Source of the DNA: Callorhinchus milii
Lineage: Eukaryota
Reading direction: 5' to 3'
DNA: 64,000 bases
Assembly (NCBI RefSeq): GCF_018977255.1
Contig: NW_024704742.1
Location: 65,536,001 to 65,600,000, forward strand
The position numbers were made by a program, and so were the translations under genes. A model generated the notes under the pieces. That model worked only from the letters and a program-made list of their open reading frames with translations, made no database searches and was not told the DNA's origin. Below, piece after piece: positions 25,646-38,774 of this stretch. Numbering within the stretch: position 1 is the stretch's first letter; each line of letters opens with the position of its first letter.

Positions 25646-28289
25646 AGAGGAAAGCAGTCCCGATCAGGGACTGGATGTGGGGTAGAAAGGAGACCTGGGG
25701 GTTGAACTGGATGCCTAGGTTGCGTACAGGGATAGGCCAGGGAGGTTAAAGGAGGTAGAATCACGGGGGAGAAGATTTTAATGGGAACCAAGGAAGATGG
25801 CTTCCATCTTCTCTATATTCACATGCAGAAAGTTGGTGCTCATCCAGGCCTTGATGTTTTGAAGGCTTGGATGTAGGTAGAAAAAGCTACTTTTATAGTA
25901 ATAATATTATTATTTTAAAAAATTATTATTAAAAAAACAACCTTCAGTAAATTGGAAGGCCGGATTTTTAACCGAGTATCATAATATGTTGAAGAAAAGG
26001 GACCACAGGCCAGACATGAAAATAAATAAGTTCTTCTTTGTCTTTTGACTGCATTTACCAGTCCTTATGCCTACATCTAGCATTTGATCTGATGATAAGA
26101 GGTGTCGATTAAATTACTGCACAATTTGCAGATTAGCAGGATGTAGTTTTAAGTGGTGAGCTTTAGTGATACACAGTCATAGAGACAACATGTACCTGTT
26201 TGGGGAAGTGTCAGATGGAAAAGCTGTCTTTGTATACCCCCTGCGTAGTTCAGATTTTTTGGGTTTCTGTGCTGCAAATGCCAGACTCTCGTGAGAGCGA
26301 TGTACAGATTGCATTGATTTAGGTCAATATCTCACATTTTTTCAGTACTTGGTGCCCACAGATACAGAGATGTATTAACGTTAGTGCTGACAAGAAGTAT
26401 TAAAGAAAAATACTTTCCAGGACAGTAATCTGTTATGAGTGATGAAAAATTCTATTTGAGGGTTGGTTATTTTGTAGGTTGTTCAACTTAATTTTTTTAA
26501 AGCAATTCTATGAAAGTGGTTATTGAATTTGATAATCCTGAGTTTCTCTCTTAGGAGCATAGCAATTCAGAGAGGAATTCCTGATTTATAACTTTCCGGT
26601 CCTCATTGCTACAAATCGCACTGAGGAAATTAAACTGCAGTGATGGATGGCCTTAACAGCATTGTCTTGACTTTTTAGAGTTTTGCAAAACTTTTGAATT
26701 CAGTCTTAATTTGAAAGCTGTTTTCCCGCTCGAAGCTCCAAGAAAATGTTGACTAAAGGAAAAGGAAACAGCAGAGTTCAATTTAGTAAAGCAGAGTTGC
26801 TTTTAAAAATTAAGTCATGCAAAGCCAATCATCAAATAGAGTTTCTCACCAATCATAACCTATCCAGGGACGTATTATTTTAATAACACTCTCATTGCTG
26901 GCATTAATACACTTCTTTAGTTTTAAATTAGAACCAAAAGCCTCAAAATCGCTCATGGCATTAGCTGTGAGCCATAACTATCCTCCATTTGGGGTTGGTA
27001 AGCAGGGTTTCCTTGGAGATGAGATGGCTCCAAGTGTTACACGCTTGGCAACGGAACATCAAAATTGATTCAATCCTTTGTGGTATTCTGGGGTAGACTG
27101 ATTCCTGAGTCAGACAGATCCTAACTCCATGGTACTGCTGCTGACAGCCCAGCCAGCCTGGCTCATCAGCATGACTTGGGAATCTTTCCACTCAAAATCC
27201 TTTAGACCCTTTAAGTCAAAGACCTTATGAGTAGAGTGGTCCTGGCTGGTCAAGCAGCAGGAAGCTTGGTAGAGAGTTCTCTTAATAGTAGTAGGTGGTT
27301 GAATTCCAGCAGCTCCCCAATACGTACTCTGGGGTCCCTAAACCTTGACTCTTGCCAACCTAGGCCTAATACTCAAGGGATTAGGTAAGTACAGTGTGTC
27401 CCTTTAGGAAGAGTGCACATTTCATTACATTCTAGATGCAGGGAAATGTCCATTTATAGGTTGCATCCATATGTAGATCTCCCTATCTAGTATCCACCTT
27501 CGGCCCACCCTTCAATCAGTTAGTATGTTAATTACAATCAAGACACATTTTTAAAGCATTTGTTAATTAGGACCATCGGTGTAAATTAGCATATCATACA
27601 CCCCAATTTTCACCCCATAATTTCTTAGCTTCATAATTAATTAGCATTTCTTATGTTTTTATGTTATGTTCAAATACAGTAAATAATTGTTAATTATTAA
27701 GAAGGTTCTGTGCTTGTTTAATTCAGCGAGTAATAATAATCACATAGTGGTTAGTGGTTTATCACGTAGTTGAGACATTTTTTGGAGGGATTATTACCCC
27801 CGGAAAGCGATCTGACAATTGACTAACAACTGGGTTCCTACTTACTGCTAGGTAAACAGAGGCATACAGAACAAGGAAACTTGTCTAAGGTTTCACCCTG
27901 CCCGGGAATCGAAACTGGGCCCTCTCTCGGAAATAGTGCTTCTTATCCCTCTAAGATAATTACTCAAACCCTCCAGCATTTCTAAGGACCAGAGTTTTCA
28001 CCAGAAATTTATTTGGGCTTTGTTGCCTTAATCTATGAAGGTATTTTATTTTAAGAAAAATAAAGTTAATATTTTGTTGATGCCTTAATTTAGAAAGGTT
28101 TTTTTGAAGCTCCAAAATAAATTCTGTTCTTCACAGACTTTTCACTGAATTTACCAAACTGATTATAATTAACATCCTGACTGATCTCTAGCCAGAGTGG
28201 ATACTCAACCCCTCCCCCACATTCATTACTGAATCTGGGATTTGTATCACATTTACTTGCCTTGATTTTCTCCTATTTCATGAGAGAGG

Positions 28290-28565
28290 GATCAGCCTGA
28301 CTCGGTGGTAGCACTCTTGTCCCCGAGTCAGAAGGTTGTGGGTTCAAACCCCATGTTGGGACTTGGAATCACATGGTCTAAGCTGACACCCCAATACAGT
28401 GCTGGGGGGGTGTTGTATTGTTGGAGGTGCCATCCTTCGAATGAGACTTTAAACTGAGGTCCCGTCTACCTGTTCAGGTGCACATTAAAGATCCCATGGC
28501 ACTATTTGAAAAGAGAATAGAGTTTCCCCCGGTGTCCTGGCCAACATTCTCCCAAATAAAAATTG
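28290..28565 (+). mobile_element. DeuSINE (SacSINE1-like), 5' two-thirds
   Basis: Reads tcagcctgactcggtggtagcactc...gagtcagaaggttgtgggttcaaacccc...cttcgaatgagactttaaactgaggtccc...aaagatcccatggcactattt. Related copies lie at 38775-39143, 39888-40190, 14215-14575, 6625-6785(-) and 59395-59565(-). Confidence 0.8.
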
Positions 28566-28969
28566 GTTAGTTATAATTTTTGCCCGAAAAAATCCGATAG
28601 GTGAAAATATACGTGACAAGTAAGAATAGCTCCATACCAGAAAAGAAGCAAGTGAAAACACTTTTCTTAATTTTCAGTTCACATCAAAGCTGGAATGTGA
28701 CTTCACTAAGGTGCTGGGTTTCCTTTCTCAGCCTCTTCAGCAGGGTTTTGAACAGGAGACCTCAATAGAAAGCATGATCATCAGGGTAATTATTTATCAA
28801 TCTAGCAATATCCAGTTGTACCCAACTTATACAAGCCTTAGCTCTTGGCAACCTTAGGTAAGCAGGGTGCATCCCTCCAGGAAGAATGCACGTTCCATTC
28901 CAGACACAGGGAAATTTCCATGTATGGATGGCATATAAACATGTAGCTCTGCTTGGTTTGGATATTCTC

Positions 28970-29458
28970 ACCCGCTTGGCATGGTTTCTCACCCGCACCA
29001 AACTCCACTCCCTGATTACCCCAGTCCTTGCCAGACTGCATTGGCTGCCTGTCCCAGAGAGGATCGACTTCAAGATCCTCATCCTTGTCTTCAAATCCCT
29101 CCACCCCTCTGCACACCCCTACCTCTCTGACCTCCTCTCTCCTCAAAACAGTGCCCGTTGCCTTCGTTCCACCGGGTCTGGCCTCCTCCTCGTCCCCCGA
29201 ATCCTCCGCTCCACCCTCGGCGGCCGTGCCTTCAGCCACTTCGCCCCGAGGCTCTGGAACGCCCTTCCTCACTTACTTTGTCTCGCTCCCTCTCTTCCTA
29301 TTTTCAGGTCTTGGCTGAAGACCTTTCTTTTTGACCGCACCTCTGGTCATCTTCCTCCACCTCTCCCTGGCTCGGCCCCGGGATCCGTTACTGTGAAGTG
29401 CTCTGAGACACCATCCGGCGTGGAGGGCGCTCTATAAATCCAAGTTGTTGTTGTTGTT
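28970..29458 (+). mobile_element. L2 LINE 3' end
   Basis: In-frame 'ITPVLARLHWLPVPERIDFKILILVFKSLH...GRAFSHFAPRLWNALP...KTFLF', with a (TTG)n tail. Confidence 0.9.
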
Positions 29459-30022
29459 TCCTCATGTGTCAGATTATTTTGGTCCATGTGCTCTGTCACA
29501 AAGCTGAGCATTGTTACTATCCCAATATCATGCTCCAAGAGGGAGTTCAAATGCCAGACAGCTGCGATAAAATATTAACAAAGTCTGGGTTGAATGGTAC
29601 TGCAGCAATCTAAGGAAATATGTGGTACAGAATGTAGTTGAAGTTTAGTTCATGCACTTTACACTCCCCAGTGGGAAGCTAATCTTGCACAGAAACTCCA
29701 GGCTGGTGAATTGCTGGAATGCTTCTAACTATGAAACAAAGTGTTATGCCTTAGAGAAGCAAATTGGTTTAAAGACCTATCTCATCAAGTTCATGACTGA
29801 CTCAAGAATCATTTTGGTTTCATTTACTTAAGGAAAACAATGAGTCAGAATCCACCTACATCTTATCACATTGTGCTATGTATTTCACAGTGAATCAGTT
29901 GCAGTCATAACTCTAAATTTTATGATCAACAACATATTGCACTTAAGGTGTTTTTTTCACTTGCCATTTGTACAATTGCTGAGTGGGCGGAATGATGACC
30001 TGCTCCCAGACTCTACTAATAT

Positions 30023-30346
30023 GGAGACCTGTAGCTCAGTGGTTAGAGCAATCACCTTGCAAGCAAGAGACCTGGGTTTTATTCTCGACAGGGCGAAAGC
30101 TTGGGCAAGTTTCCTTACTCCACACGCCTGATAATAATCCCTCAAAATAAAAATAAAAATAATAACTTGGTCACTTAACCCACAATTGTTTATGGTACAC
30201 TGCTGTGCGCAATTGGCTGCCACGTTTTGCCCACAAAATAAACAGTCAATTAATTTTACAGTATATTCTGTGAAGCGCTTTGTGACGTCTCGAAGATGTG
30301 ATAAGGTGCTATATCAAATGCAAGGATTACTATTATTATTTATTAT
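30023..30346 (+). mobile_element. tRNA(Ala-like)-headed DeuSINE
   Basis: Same head, Deu domain and tail layout as 7998-8300. Confidence 0.85.
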
Positions 30347-31451
30347 AAAGCTGCTGTGTAGCTGATCACCAAAGGTTTACTAGGACCCAGCTGTACCGCA
30401 GACAGTATGGAGGTCTAATGCCCTTTATAAGGAAACCTGGAAGTACATTGCACCATGTTGACTGCTCAGATGACGTTAAAGATCCTATGGAACTATTTGA
30501 CAAAGAAGCTTCTACTGGTATCATTCATTTCATAGTTGTTTGGGACATTGCTGGGCACAAATGAGTTGCCACATTTGCTTACAAATACACAGTCACTATA
30601 TTCTACAGAACACTGATATCTTTGAGACGTTTCAATGTGATAGGGCGCTGTTTTATTATTTAGTTATTTCCTGAGTCTCCCACCACGACCGACTACAGCC
30701 TGCTTCTTTATGGTGCAACACCCTTAATACATCATAATTATTTATATTGTGAACGTGTTTGGTTTTATGTCTCTTTCCCTATTTTAATGGTTCCTTTTTT
30801 TATTATCTCATTAAATAAACACTGCAGTATAACTATGGGCATCAAACTCACCCCCGAGTGAGTGATGCTTTAGCAGATATATTTTTACTAAATTACTGGA
30901 TCTGACTCCATGAATGAGCATTACACTTGGCATTGGGATTAAGTGTCAGCCAGGCTCAGTTGGTAGCACTCTCGCCTATGATGCACGGCTACAACATATA
31001 AAAAAGGAAGGGTGCCACCTCCAAAAATGTAACATACCCCCAGCACTGCATTGGAGTGTCAGTCTAGACTATGAGTTATGAGATTTTATAAGTCCCAATG
31101 TACGGCTTGAATCCACAATCTTATGATTCAGAGACGAGTGTCCTGCCAACTCAGACAGCTACATATTATGAAATATATTGCGAGCAAATTATGATTAGAG
31201 ACAAGGGACCCCAGGAAATTAGATCTGCAGTGACAGGTTATAAGTCCTCCAAGACACTGCCCCGAGCAAGTTGTAGTTGTAGTAAGCTCAAAATTTGTAG
31301 TGTTCAATAATTTAATGTTGCTGAGAATTTAGTGTCAGTTATAATTTACCTATGATAATTTACCGCAGATTATATTTTACCGTAATAATTTACCATTGGT
31401 GATCATTTATAAGTAATAATTTACCAGTGATAATTTAACGTTGGTTATAAT

Positions 31452-34015
31452 CTGGGCCAATAGAAAAATGTGGAAATATTTGCCAAAAATTGTGGGGAGA
31501 TTTGGAAAATTACGGGGGTTGATTGGTGCTGTGGACGTACATTTTACTGCCAAACTACATTTTTTCACTTTATTGATAAAAACTAAACATGAGGAAATAA
31601 CACACGTTAGATTGTTGCAAAAAAAATATGAATTGCTTCTTTAATTAGGTGACCCATTTTTTTTGGTAGGGGGGAAGCGGGGGTCACCAGTGAGGCTACA
31701 GGAGCTCACCACCCCCTGCCTCTCAGGGCCCAGCACTGCACACAGACACAGAAACAGAGACCCAGAGAGCGAGAGACACACACACGCAGAAACCCAGAGA
31801 GGGACACGCACAGAGACAGAGATCCTGAGAGAGACACACACACACACACACACACACAGACCCACAGAGACACACACACACACACACACACACAGACCCA
31901 GAGAGGGACACACACAGAGACAGAGATCCAGAGAGAGAGACACACACACAGAGACCCAGAGAGAGAGAGAGACACACACACAGACCCACAGAGAGACACA
32001 CACACACACACACAGACCCAGAGAGGGACACACACAGAGACAGAGGTCCAGAGAGAGAGACACACACACAGAGACCCAGAGAGAGAGAGAGACACACACA
32101 CAGACCCAGAGAGGGACACACACAGAGACAGAGATCCAGAGAGAGACACACACACAGAGACCCAGAGAGAGACACACACACACAGAGACCCAGAGAGAGA
32201 CACACACACACAGACCCACAGAGACACACACACACACACAGACCCACAGAGAGAGAGACACACACACAGACCCACAGAGAGAGAGACACACACACACACA
32301 GACCCACAGAGAGAGAGAGAGACACACACACAGACCCACAGAGAGAGACACACACACACACACACACAGACCCAGAGAGGGACACACACAGAGACAGAGA
32401 TCCAGAGAGAGAGACACACACACAGACCCAGAGACCCAGAGAAAGAGAGACACACACACAGACCCAGAGACCCAGAGAGAGAGACACACACAGAGAGACC
32501 CAGAGAAAGAGAGACACACACACAGACCCAGAGACCCAGAGAGAGAGACACACACAGACCCAGAGAGAGAGACACACACAGAGAGACCCAGAGAGAGACA
32601 CACACAGAGACAAAGACCCAGAGAGCGAGAGAGACACACACACACACACAGAGACCCAGAGAGAGACACACACAGAGACAGAGACCCAGAGAGAGAGAGA
32701 CACAAACACACAGAGACAAAGACCCAGAGAGCGAGAGAGACACACACACACACACAGAGACCCAGAGAGAGAGACACACACACACACACACAGAGACCCA
32801 GAGAGAGAGACACACACACACACACAGAGACCCAGAGAGAGAGACACACACACACACACAGAGACCCAGAGAGAGAGACACACACACACACACAGAGACC
32901 CAGAGAGAGAGACACACACACACACAGAGACCCAGAGAGAGAGACACACACACACACACAGACCCAGAGAGAGAGACACACACACACAGAGACCCAGAGA
33001 GAGAGACACACACACACAGAGACCAAGAGAGAGAGAAACACACACACACACAGAGACCCAGAGAGGGACACACACAGAGACAAAGACCCAGAGAGCGAGA
33101 GGGACACACACAGAGACAGAGACCCAGAGAAAGAGAGACACACACACAGAGACCCAGAGAGAGAGAGACACACACACAGACCCAGAGAGAGAGACACACA
33201 CAGAGAGACCTAGAGAGAGAGAGACACACACACACACACAGACCCAGAGAGAGAGACACACACACACAGAGACCCAGAGAGAGACACACACACACACACA
33301 CACACAGACCCAGAGAGAGAGACACACACAGAGACCCAGAGAGGGACTCACACAGAGACAGAGACCCAGAGAGAGAGACACACACACACAGAGACCCAGA
33401 GAGAGAGACACACACACACAGAGACCAAGAGAGAGAGAAACACACACACACACAGAGACCCAGAGAGAGAGACACACACACACACAGACCCAGAGAGAGA
33501 GAGAAACACACACACACAGACCCAGAGAGAGAGACACACACAGAGAGACCCAGAGAGAGAGAGAGACACACACACACAGACCCAGAGAGAGAGACACACA
33601 CAGAGAGACCTAGAGAGAGAGACACACACACACACAGACCCAGAGAAAGAGACACACACACACAGAGACCCAGAGAGAGAGACACACACACACACAGAGA
33701 CCAAGAGAGAGAGAAACACACACACACACAGAGACCCAGAGAGGGACACACACAGAGACCCAGAGAGGGACTCACACAGAGACAGAGACCCAGAGAGAGA
33801 GACACACACACACAGAGACCCAGAAAGAGAGAGAGACACACACACAGAGAGACCCAGAGAGAGAGAGACACACACAGAGACCCAGAGAGAGAGAGACACA
33901 CACACACAGAGACCCAGAGAGGGACACACACAGAGAGAGACCCAGAGAGCGAGAGAGACACACACACACACAGAGACCCAGAGAGAGAGACACACACACA
34001 CACACACACAGACCC

Positions 34016-34048
<33 letters not shown>

Positions 34049-35353
34049 CCCAGAGAGAGAAACACACATACACAGACCCAGAGAGAGAGACACACACACA
34101 CACAGACCCAGAGAGAGAGGGACACACACACAGAGACCCAGAGAGAGACACACCACACAAACAGAGACAGAGACCCAGAGAGGACCACACAGAGAGAGAC
34201 ACACAGGGACAGAGACCCAGGAGAGAGAGAGAGACACACACACAGACTGTGTCAGAGAGAGACACACACACACACACAGACTGTGTCAGAGAGAGAGACA
34301 CACACACAGAGACTCAGAGAGAGACACACACACACACACACACACACAGACCCAGAGAGAGAGGGACACACACACAGAGACCCAGAGAGAGACACACCAC
34401 ACAAACAGAGACAGAGACCCAGAGAGGGACCACACAGAGAGAGACACACAGGGACAGAGACCCAGAGAGAGAGAGAGAGACACACACACAGAGACGCAGA
34501 GAGAGACACACACACACACACAGACCCAGAGAGAGAGACACACACACACACAGACCCAGAGAGAGAGATACACACAGAGACAGAAACCCAGAGAGGTACA
34601 CAAACATACAGAGACAGACCCAGAGAGGGACACACACAGAGAGAGACCCAGAGCGAGACACACAGAGACAGAGACCCAAGAGACACACACACAGAGACAG
34701 AGACCCAGAGAGACACACCCACACAGACAGAGACCCAGAGAGAGACAGATACCCAGAGAAGGACAGTCAGAGAGAGAGACCCAGAGAGAGAGACACACAC
34801 ACAGAGACCCAGAGAGAGAGACACACACAGAGAGAGACACACACAGACCCAGAGAGAGACACCCAGAGACAGAGACCCAGAGATACACACACACACACAC
34901 AAACCCGGAGACACACACACACACAGACCCAGAGAGAGACACACACAGAGTCACAGACCCAGAGAGAGACACACGCATAGACAGAGACCCAGAGAGAGAT
35001 ACACACATAGACAGAGACCCAGAGAGAGACACACACATAGACAGAGACCCAGAGACACACACAGACACAGAGGCAGACACATAGAGACAGACAGAGACAC
35101 AGACACACAGAGACACACACAAACAGAGACACACAGAGAGACACAGACAGAGACACACACTGACACACACACAAACAATCACAACAGTGGGGCCTCTGAG
35201 TGAAGCCCATTTGCCATTTGCGCCACACCGACCTAAGTGATGTCAAGTAAACAGCCAGGAGGCCAGCTGGCCAGAAACTTCCTTCACAGAGGTTTATAAC
35301 GCAGGGCAACATTTCTGGCAGAAAAAGTGCGCCTGTCTTTTCTATTGGCCCAG
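31452..35353. mobile_element. Putative non-autonomous DNA transposon (TIR element with hAT-like 8-bp TSD) carrying a satellite
   Basis: Left TIR CTGGGCCAATAGAAAA (31452-31467) and right TIR TTTTCTATTGGCCCAG (35338-35353) are perfect inverses. The flanks are GTTATAAT (31444-31451) and GTTATAAC (35354-35361). The same ataatttaccagtg minisatellite continues on both sides. Confidence 0.75.
31739..35185. repeat. Compound (CA)n/(GA)n satellite with a GACCCA-punctuated unit
   Basis: Repeated GACCCA-(GA)n-(CA)n units with variants (gagacagagacccag, gagatccag, gagcgag). The + strand is almost free of T. Confidence 0.97.
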
Positions 35354-35760
35354 GTTATAACTTACCAGTGATAACTTGCTGGTGATATTTTACCAGTGAT
35401 AACTTGCTGGTGATAATTTTCCTGTAACAATTTACCAATGATAATTTACATTAGATTTGCTTTATTGAAAACTGTTACGTTTTGCCCAGATTCCCTGGGC
35501 CCCTCAGCATATTTGATGATTACATAAATAATAATGATTGTCTTTAATTGAATTCATATTTGCTCAGATCACACTTCATCTTAGCCAGACGGTCACGGCT
35601 GTTCAAAAATGCCTCTACAGAATCTACAAATCTTCCAAGAATATTATCTTTTTTAACACAACATAAGATTTATTAATAACAATTCAGTGAAACTATAATC
35701 TTGTTATTCATTGGAATTTTCAGCTCTGGTTTACAAACTTATCTATCATGTTTATTACAG

Positions 35761-35818
35761 AACATCCAAGCTATCCCAACACAGCCAATTCAAATCACCA
35801 AGCAGCAGTACATTCAAG
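35761..35818 (+). CDS. POLN: DNA polymerase nu, coding exon (NIQAIPTQPIQITKQQYIQ-G)
   Basis: Acceptor tttattacag and donor CAAG|gtaata; 58 nt, phase 0/1. It continues KHP|NIQ as in human POLN 'KHPNIQGISKHPIQIT'. It is too short to appear in the ORF track. Confidence 0.92.
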
Positions 35819-35859
35819 GTAATAATCTGCAATCTGTTCAGACTGGATGAGGAGTTATA

Positions 35860-36783
35860 AGAACATAAGAATTTGCTAGGTGAAAAAAGACCAAGGTCCA
35901 TCTAGTTCGTCTTCCACCATCAAGCCAGTCGCTTGACATGTTGTGTCCCAAATTGTATACTGTATCCTGTGATATTATTTTCTAGCAGAAATCTATGTAA
36001 TTTGTTCTTGAAACAAACAACACTTTCTGCTTCCATTGTCTGTCTCCCTAGGGAGCCTGTTCCATAAGTTTACTACTCTCACTGAAGTAGTATTCCCACA
36101 AATTTGGTCTGAATTTACTTCCCTTCAATCGCATGCCATGCCCTCCGGTTCTACTGTTCAGTACAAAAAAAAATAGCTTATTATGATCTACATTATCTAG
36201 TCCCTTCAGAATTTTAAAGACTGCAATCATATCGCCCCTCAACCTTCTCTTCTCCAGTGTGAACATGCCCAGTTTATCTAATCGCTCTTTGTAGTCCAGT
36301 CCTTCCATCCCCTCAAACATTTTGGTTGCCCTCCTCTGAATCCTCTCAATCGCTTCAATATCCATTTTTATACTGCGGTGACCAGAACTGTGCACAGTAT
36401 TCCAAGTGTGGTCATACCAGTGATTTATAAAGTGGTAGGATTATCCCACTATTTCGGCTCAATATTGCTCTTTTAATACAGCTCAGCATCTGGTTTGCTT
36501 TACTCACTGCGACTGAGCACTGTTGCAATAGCCTCAATTTATTGTCAATCAGGATCCCCAGGTCCATTTCATTTTCGTACAGATTATTTTTTTTCCATTT
36601 AAATAATAGTCCTTTCCTGGATTTTTTGTCCCCATGTGAAGCACTTTGCATTTCTCTACATTGAATTTCATCTGCCATCGATGAGGAGTCATTAGCTTTA
36701 TGTGATCTGCAAAGTTAGCCACTGTGCTCGTGACACCTAGCTCCAGATTGTTTATGAAGATATTAAATAAAAGAGGTCCCAAA
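35860..36783 (-). mobile_element. CR1 LINE ORF2 C-terminal part with 3' end
   Basis: ORFs 36549..36782 (GPLLFNIFINNL...FAD), 36412..36678 (LPLYKSLV) and 36048..36395 (IERIQRRATKM..LEKRRLRGDMIAVFKIL). The tail is (ttcttatg)n on the minus strand at about 35860. Confidence 0.9.
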
Positions 36784-37544
36784 AAGACTTCACTGGTAAA
36801 TAAAGTCTCACTTTATTCATCAGCAAAAGTATGAATTTTCCACTGATTCTCTGATCCAGCAGACAGTGCATTGTATTGGTGAGCTGGTCAGCATTTTTAT
36901 CAAACATGTTTTTTTTCACCTATTCTTCTAACACGAGGCAAATTGCTTAATCTTGTAAATGAATTGTCTATATTGGACACTATTCTGAGCATTCCTAATC
37001 CTCATATGTGGAGTGAATATTGCATCAAAAGGGAAGGTAAATGGTAATTTTAACATGTTAGGGGCTTTTAAGAGTTAAAAGAGGAAGTACTCTTCAAGTG
37101 AGAAGCCACATGGAAAGGTGAGTATTTACTCCACAACAACATGTTACTATGCATTTATATAGCGCCCTTCTCATTGGAAGGATGTCCCAAATCATCCTTG
37201 AAGTTAGTGGGCTATTGATGAGGAAGAAAAAGTGTCACATCCTCCCTTGACAAAATCAATTCAGTCCTATAAATATCTTAAGATGACTTTCCCCAATACA
37301 TAGCAGCACCCAATCCAGAACATGAGAAACAAAAACATTGAGGCTCAAAATTTTGCATGGTCTTAGACTCCTTAAGAATCTTACCATAAAATTTAAGATT
37401 GTGCAGGTATTTTGGAAAGTTGTTTGTTAGATTCAGTCGTAATTTAGAAGCTGTTTTTTAACTACGGCAAACTAACTTCCAAATTAGGATTGAATTCAAG
37501 ATTTTCCCCAAATTCTGCACAATTTTAAACTTTAAGACTTAAGG

Positions 37545-37935
37545 TTGAGGGACTTCAATTATGTGGAAAGACTAGAGAGGCTAGAATTGTTCTCCTCAGA
37601 GCACAGAAGGTTGAGGGGAGATTTAACAGAGGTGTTCAAAATTATGAAGGGTTTTGATAAGAGTATTTCCTCTGGCGGGTGAGTCAGTAATCAGATTTAA
37701 GGTAATTGGCAAAAGGGGAGAATTTTTTTACGCAGGGAGTTGTTATGATCTGAAATGCACTGCCTGAAAGGGTCGTGGAAGCAGGTTCAATAATAGCTGT
37801 CAAAAGGGAATTGGATAGGTACTTGAAAAGGAAAAAAATTGCAGGACTGTGGGGTAAGAGCAGGGAAGTGGGACTAGTTGGATAGCTTTTTCCAAGAGCC
37901 GGCACAGGCTCGATGGTGCTGTAAAATTCTATGAT
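37545..37935 (+). mobile_element. CR1 LINE 3' end
   Basis: Similar to 6105-6370 (gacttcaattatgtgg...ttctcctcagagcacagaaggttgaggggagatttaa), with tail ttctatgatt. Confidence 0.8.
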
Positions 37936-38774
37936 TAAAACTAAGACTATGGCAATTTTGGATGTCTGAACTGTCTTTCCTACAAAAGCGAAGGTTCACT
38001 TTTAAATCCAAGAAAGCGAGTTCTGCTAACAGCCAGCTATATGCTGCCACACAGCTATTAAATATGAATGAGAATTATAAATTGTGTTTAATATTTAAGA
38101 TCCTTTTACAATGGTCAGAGCTAAAAATACGTTTAAATCACTGGTGCTATTTGGTTACTTAGAAACTTCAAATAGATTTTTGAAGTCATATGAAAGGAAA
38201 ATTTCACAGTATGTCTGGAATATTTATAGTAAAGCTTATCAACTTCCAAAGACTAGTCGGATCTTCATGTTTTAATACAAGCAGGGCTAGTGGCAATGTA
38301 GCCCTATACAGACCCAATGATAAAGTTTAAACCGTTGTATTTGTTTACAAATTAAATGAAAGGAAAAGTTGAACTGAACCAGGCTAGGGTGCTGAATCAT
38401 CAATGTATTTAATTGGTCTTTAATTAAAATTGCGGAGGCTTCTGACAGCTTCAGATATGACATCTCAAATCAACAGAGAGAAGCCATATGACATGGTGCA
38501 CCTAGACTTTCAAATGGCCTTCAGTACATGCATAAGAGATAGCTTTATAAACTTAAAGCAAAGTCCCAATGTAGGTATAAAACATTTGTCCAAACAGTTC
38601 TCCTTAACTTTCTGAGCTGCTAGGAAATCAACAGAGCGTTTTCTTTAGACCCACTTGCCAAGGCCAGGACCAAGCAATGAGGTGAATTTGTCATTAAAAG
38701 GTGAAGTGGCTGTGGGGAGGTACGGCTCCAGCCTACACTGATCTGACAACCCCTCCCCAACCCCAACCGTGCGT

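Noticed and set aside
31739..35185. CRISPR-like array
   Set aside because: The context is eukaryotic, and the sequence between the GACCCA motifs is simple dinucleotide repeat rather than unique spacers.
31641..35312. Very long ORFs (up to 855 aa) rich in C/V/S/L on the minus strand and H/T/R/E/D on the plus strand
   Set aside because: These are by-products of the (CA)n/(GA)n satellite. The + strand lacks T, so stop codons are rare in all six frames, and there is no domain content or frame preference.
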